Origin: Bacteroidia bacterium
Lineage (GTDB): Bacteria > Bacteroidota > Bacteroidia > NS11-12g > UBA9320
NCBI GenBank assembly: GCA_965216465.1
Contig: CBDCFW010000006.1
Span: forward strand, 736,001 to 800,000
DNA length: 64,000 bases
Direction: 5' to 3'
The translations under genes were made by a program, and so were the position numbers. Shown here piece by piece: positions 60,055 through 64,000 of this stretch (position 1 is its first letter; each line of letters starts with the position of its first letter). The notes beneath the pieces were generated by a model. It saw only the letters and a list, made by a program, of their open reading frames with translations. It made no database searches and was not told the DNA's origin.

Positions 60055-62456
60055 TATTCTTGGTAAAACACACGATTCACACGCTCGCTTACATTGGTTA
60101 ATATTTCATAAGGTATGGTTTCAATTTGAGTTGCCAGTTCCTCAACCCTTAGATTGTCACCAAATATAATTGCTGAATCACCAGCGTCACAATCAATATC
60201 TGTAACATCACACATGGTCATGTCCATGCAAACATTGCCCACTACTGGGGCTCTTTTGCCATTGATCTCAAAACTTCCAACACCTCTGCTAAATTTTCGG
60301 TTAAATCCATCGGCATATCCAACTGCAATAACAGCAATCTTACGGTTGTAGTCGGCTTTATCGTGTTGTCCATAGCCAATTCCATCTCCAGCAGGAACCT
60401 CCTTAATCTGGGTTATATACGATTTAAAGGTGCTCACAGGCAACAGACTGCCTCTTTCTCTTAACGACGAAACCCCATAAAGCCCAACCCCAAGTCTAAC
60501 CATATCGAAATGAGCATTCGGAAAACGTTCGATCCCAGCAGTATTTGATATATGGCGAATGAAACTTCCGCTCGTCTTATCCCTCAAAACATCTGTTAGT
60601 CGTTGAAAATCAACAATTTGCTTTTCTGTAAACATGTTTTGAGATTCATCATCAGCTGAAGCTAAATGGCTAAACACCGAAACAACTTCAAGTTTTGAAT
60701 TTTGGTTTAGGTATTCAATTAACTGATCTAGATCATTTGACGTAAACCCTAGTCGGTGCATGCCCGTATCAAATTCAATATGAATTTTGATGGAAGAATT
60801 ACCCAAGCGATGTAAACTCTCAAATGAATAAATGACAGGTTGTATATTTTGAGACAAATAAGGGTCGAGGTTTGTTAAGTCAGGATTTAGAACTACCAAA
60901 GGCGTTGCAATTCCTGCATTTCTCAGTCCTGTTGCTTCGTCAGTGTATGCTACTCCTAGGAAGTCTATCTTGTTGAATTCCAACAACTTTGCTATTTGAA
61001 AACCTCCGCTTCCATAACTCAAAGCCTTAACCATTGCCATAAGCTTTGTAGAATTTCCAATTTTCGATTTAATGGTGTTGAGGTTGTGCTGAAGTCTGGT
61101 CAAATTAACTTCTAAAACGGTTTGATGGGTCTTTTGACGCATTCTTTCTGCAATTTCTTCAAATTGAAAGCTTCTCGCACCTTTCAGTAGGATGGTTTTG
61201 TTGTTCAGTTGATGAAGCGGATAAGCTTGAAGAAATTCTTGAGTGCTACTATAAAATTCTGAAGGAATTGCAAACTGATGGCTCTGCTTTAATAGGTTGT
61301 TTCCTACTCCAATGAACTGGGCAATATTATGACTTTCGAGCACTTGGTTTAGCCTAAAACACAATTCTTCATCTGTCAAATGACTTTGAAGTATGTCAGA
61401 CAGGATGACAACCTTGCCGGTTTTATTGTCTTGCTGTTTCAAGAAATCTAATGCGATAACAATCGATTGAAAATCTGAATTGTAATAATCTAAGATCAGC
61501 TGATTGTTGTTGATGCCATCTACCTGTTGTAGCCGCATATCAATAGCGGGTAGTTGTTGAATTCTATTCTTCAACGCTGAAAGATTAGCACCTAATACGA
61601 TGCAAACGGCAATCGACGAAACAGCATTCTCGACAGAGGCTAAGTCGTTGTAATTCAACGATAAACTATAACTGCTCTCCTGATAAGTTAAATCAAGCTC
61701 ACCATTAGATTTCAAGGAATATTTGAGGTCGCAATCATCATCTTTACCCCATACAAAAAGCTTAGCATCAAGCATTGTTGCTTGGTCGAGTACCTCTTTG
61801 TTTTTCTTAGAAAGTACCAAATGGTTGCAATCCTTAAACAGTATAAATTTTTCTCTTAATTTCTCAGTACGGTTTGAAAAATTTATATCATGTGCATCAC
61901 CAAGATGGGTAAAAACACCAACAGTGGGTCGGAGAATTTCTTGAAGTCTTGCCATTTCTCCAGGCTTAGATATTCCGGCCTCAAAAACCCCTAGAGAGTA
62001 AGCAGAACTTAATGGCCAAACAGATAGTGGCACCCCAACTTGAGAATTATAGCTTTTTGGGCTTTTACAAATGGAGTACTCTTCGTCTAGCAAGTAACTA
62101 ATCCACTCTTTGACTATCGTTTTACCGTTACTTCCGGTCACAGCAATTACGTCATGCTGAAATTGAGCTCTTTGATATTCTGCTAGTTTTTGAAGAGCAC
62201 CAAGGCTATTGTCAACCAATATGTAAGCACATTCTGTACTTGGAGCCTGATCAACAACAACTGCAGCAACACCTTGATTAATGGCATTCTCAATAAACAA
62301 GAAACCAGAACTTTTATCTGTTCTAAGGGCAAAGAATAGAGTAGACTGCGGATCTTGAATTTTACGGGTATCAATGCTCAAATGTTGGATTTCGGAATCA
62401 ACATCTGCAAAGAGTTGACCATTCACAATTTGAGCTATTTCACTTAGCGTGTACAA
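60054..62456 (-). CDS. alr: Bifunctional MurF-like ligase / alanine racemase fusion
   Basis: TGSNGKT, SYNSQVGVP in the N-terminal part; MVKALSYG, DTGMHRLG, VRLG, IGYG, GYADG, VCMDM, TIPYE in the C-terminal part. Confidence 0.93.
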   Translation of the reverse strand: MYTLSEIAQIVNGQLFADVDSEIQHLSIDTRKIQDPQSTLFFALRTDKSSGFLFIENAINQGVAAVVVDQAPSTECAYILVDNSLGALQKLAEYQRAQFQHDVIAVTGSNGKTIVKEWISYLLDEEYSICKSPKSYNSQVGVPLSVWPLSSAYSLGVFEAGISKPGEMARLQEILRPTVGVFTHLGDAHDINFSNRTEKLREKFILFKDCNHLVLSKKNKEVLDQATMLDAKLFVWGKDDDCDLKYSLKSNGELDLTYQESSYSLSLNYNDLASVENAVSSIAVCIVLGANLSALKNRIQQLPAIDMRLQQVDGINNNQLILDYYNSDFQSIVIALDFLKQQDNKTGKVVILSDILQSHLTDEELCFRLNQVLESHNIAQFIGVGNNLLKQSHQFAIPSEFYSSTQEFLQAYPLHQLNNKTILLKGARSFQFEEIAERMRQKTHQTVLEVNLTRLQHNLNTIKSKIGNSTKLMAMVKALSYGSGGFQIAKLLEFNKIDFLGVAYTDEATGLRNAGIATPLVVLNPDLTNLDPYLSQNIQPVIYSFESLHRLGNSSIKIHIEFDTGMHRLGFTSNDLDQLIEYLNQNSKLEVVSVFSHLASADDESQNMFTEKQIVDFQRLTDVLRDKTSGSFIRHISNTAGIERFPNAHFDMVRLGVGLYGVSSLRERGSLLPVSTFKSYITQIKEVPAGDGIGYGQHDKADYNRKIAVIAVGYADGFNRKFSRGVGSFEINGKRAPVVGNVCMDMTMCDVTDIDCDAGDSAIIFGDNLRVEELATQIETIPYEILTNVSERVNRVFYQE

Positions 62457-62510
62457 GGATTACAAAAGTAGAGATATTGTACACTAATTTAGCAGCCTGA
62501 TTCGAGAAGC

Positions 62511-62987
62511 TTGAAAAAGAAGTATACACCCGCAGAAGCTAAATTAAAGATAGCTAAATATTGTGCTTATCAAGAGCGTTGTCATCAAGAAGTTCGTGAC
62601 AAGTTATTTGGTTTTGGATTGTTAGCCGACGATGTAGAATACATAATTTATGAACTTATTCAGCAAGATTTTTTAAATGAAGAGCGGTTTGCGATAGCAT
62701 TTGTGCGTGGAAAGTTTAACTACAAAAAGTGGGGCCGCAATCGAATCCTAATGGAACTACGCCGCAGAAAGATTTCAGACTATTGCATTAAAAAGGCGAT
62801 GAAAACCATTGATGCAGATAACTATGAAGAAGTACTTGTACAATTGTTGCAGAAGAAGGTAGATGGAATGAAAAACATCAAAGGCTATCAAAAGAATTAC
62901 AAAGCGGCTCAATTTGCCATAGGTAAAGGGTATGAGTCAGATGTAGTTTGGGATGTTATAAAGAGAAACTTTAATGAATCTAACTGA
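62511..62987 (+). CDS. recX: Regulatory protein RecX
   Basis: YCAYQERCHQEV..KL, FLNEERFA..F.RGKF..K.WGR.RI, KGYE. Confidence 0.92.
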   Translation: MKKKYTPAEAKLKIAKYCAYQERCHQEVRDKLFGFGLLADDVEYIIYELIQQDFLNEERFAIAFVRGKFNYKKWGRNRILMELRRRKISDYCIKKAMKTIDADNYEEVLVQLLQKKVDGMKNIKGYQKNYKAAQFAIGKGYESDVVWDVIKRNFNESN

Positions 62988-63861
62988 GCAATTGAACATT
63001 CCTAGTCCGTTGCACCGAGTAAATGTCTCTTGGGCGGATGAAGCTAATGTTGCATTATGGATGAAGCGAGACGATTTAATTCATCCGATTATTTCAGGTA
63101 ACAAGTGGCGCAAACTTTCTGGAGTTCTGAGTTCAGTTGACGATTCTTCTTTTGATGAGATTGCAACTTTCGGAGGTACGTATTCAAATCATTTGATTGC
63201 GACCGCATGTACAGCAGCGATAATGGGTAAGAAAAGTAGAGGCATAATTAGGGGTGAAAAACCGAAAGAGCTAAATAAAGTGTTGATATTGTGCGAGTTA
63301 TACGGAATGAAACTTGAATTTGTCAGCCGTTCTTACTACAAAGAAATTAATAGAAAAGAGGGGCTTGATAAAGATACAATGTGGATTCCAGAAGGAGGTG
63401 CTGGGCCTAGGGGAATGATTGGTTGTAGAGAGATAATAACTGAACTGGAAGCTGAAAAATTTTCAAAACTATTTGTTTCATGCGGAACAGGAACAACGCT
63501 TGCTGGTCTGGTTCAGGCTAATGCCGATGCTAACATGGAATTGTTTGGAGTGCAGGTATTAAAAGGTGATGGCTACATTAGAGATGAAGTGATGAGGATG
63601 ACAAATAGAGAGGATTTCCAGGTGCTAGATCATTATCATCACGGTGGGTATGCCAAGACATCCAAAGAACTGATAAACTTCATCAAAGATTTTACAAAAC
63701 AAACAGGTGTTCTTTTAGACCCTATTTACACTGGGAAAATGATGCATGCCATCAAAGATCAAATCAAATTTGGAAAAATTGAGTCGGGAGAGAAGATCTT
63801 GGCTGTTCACACTGGGGGATTGACCGGTTGGTTTGGAAAGATGAATGAGCTTAGTAATTAG
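62974..63861 (+). CDS. ACC deaminase / D-cysteine desulfhydrase family PLP enzyme
   Basis: KRDDLIHP.ISGNKWRKL, FGG.YSNH, PEGG, GTGTT.AG, LDPIYTGK, HTGGL. Confidence 0.9.
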   Translation: MNLTEQLNIPSPLHRVNVSWADEANVALWMKRDDLIHPIISGNKWRKLSGVLSSVDDSSFDEIATFGGTYSNHLIATACTAAIMGKKSRGIIRGEKPKELNKVLILCELYGMKLEFVSRSYYKEINRKEGLDKDTMWIPEGGAGPRGMIGCREIITELEAEKFSKLFVSCGTGTTLAGLVQANADANMELFGVQVLKGDGYIRDEVMRMTNREDFQVLDHYHHGGYAKTSKELINFIKDFTKQTGVLLDPIYTGKMMHAIKDQIKFGKIESGEKILAVHTGGLTGWFGKMNELSN

Positions 63862-63864
63862 CAC

Positions 63865-63893
63865 AAAAAAAGGCCGACCACCTGGCCGACCTT
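63865..63893 (-). terminator. Intrinsic terminator for the minus-strand gene at the window end
   Basis: Minus strand AGGTCGGCCA-gg-TGGTCGGCCT (two G-U pairs) followed by a T tract. Confidence 0.8.
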
Positions 63894-63911
63894 AAATGAA
63901 TCTTTTTGTCA

Positions 63912-64000
63912 TTAGCCTTCAGGGTTTGATACTGCTGGAGTAACCTTTGGTGCAGCCTTGTTTACTACCCCTCTAATTGTTAAGAACTCAGTTCCACCTT
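63912..64000 (-). CDS. C-terminal fragment, probably a DUF1573-domain protein (partial)
   Basis: Reads ...GGTEFLTIRGVVNKAAPKVTPAVSNPEG*; LTI.G.V resembles the end of DUF1573. Confidence 0.5.
   Translation of the reverse strand, partial: GGTEFLTIRGVVNKAAPKVTPAVSNPEG

Noticed and set aside
60054-62456. MurF-alanine racemase fusion as a novelty
   Set aside because: Well-known, widespread fusion in Bacteroidota

Overview
Core-chromosome segment of a low-GC Bacteroidota genome (TAnnTTTG promoters, T9SS cargo proteins, murF-alr fusion, DUF4270/glgA-like/panC cluster). It appears to span the replication origin: an AT-rich pheS/Ig-like-gene intergenic region (21911-22302) has DnaA boxes and a DnaA-box/GC/DnaA-trio unwinding motif, and two parS sites lie at the ybeY/mnmG junction and inside the upstream gene. 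Most genes are housekeeping (pyrF, asd, aroF, panC, era, der, pheS, mnmG, ybeY, xerD, guaB, glyA, purS, gatA, tadA, ald, meaB, recX). No CRISPR, prophage or IS was seen. Most notable: (i) a YceI / outer-membrane barrel / YceI operon beside tRNA-fMet, under three 22-bp-phased Crp/Fnr-like sites and divergent from a dinB-dnaE2 mutagenesis cassette; (ii) a guaB leader hairpin placed for GTP-sensitive start-site-switching control; (iii) an MltD-like lytic transglycosylase with all catalytic motifs degenerate, next to an SGNH protein; (iv) a lipidated stand-alone T9SS type-B CTD; (v) many apparently leaderless genes; (vi) an unannotated 54-aa ORF. Family assignments are from motif recognition by eye, not database searches.
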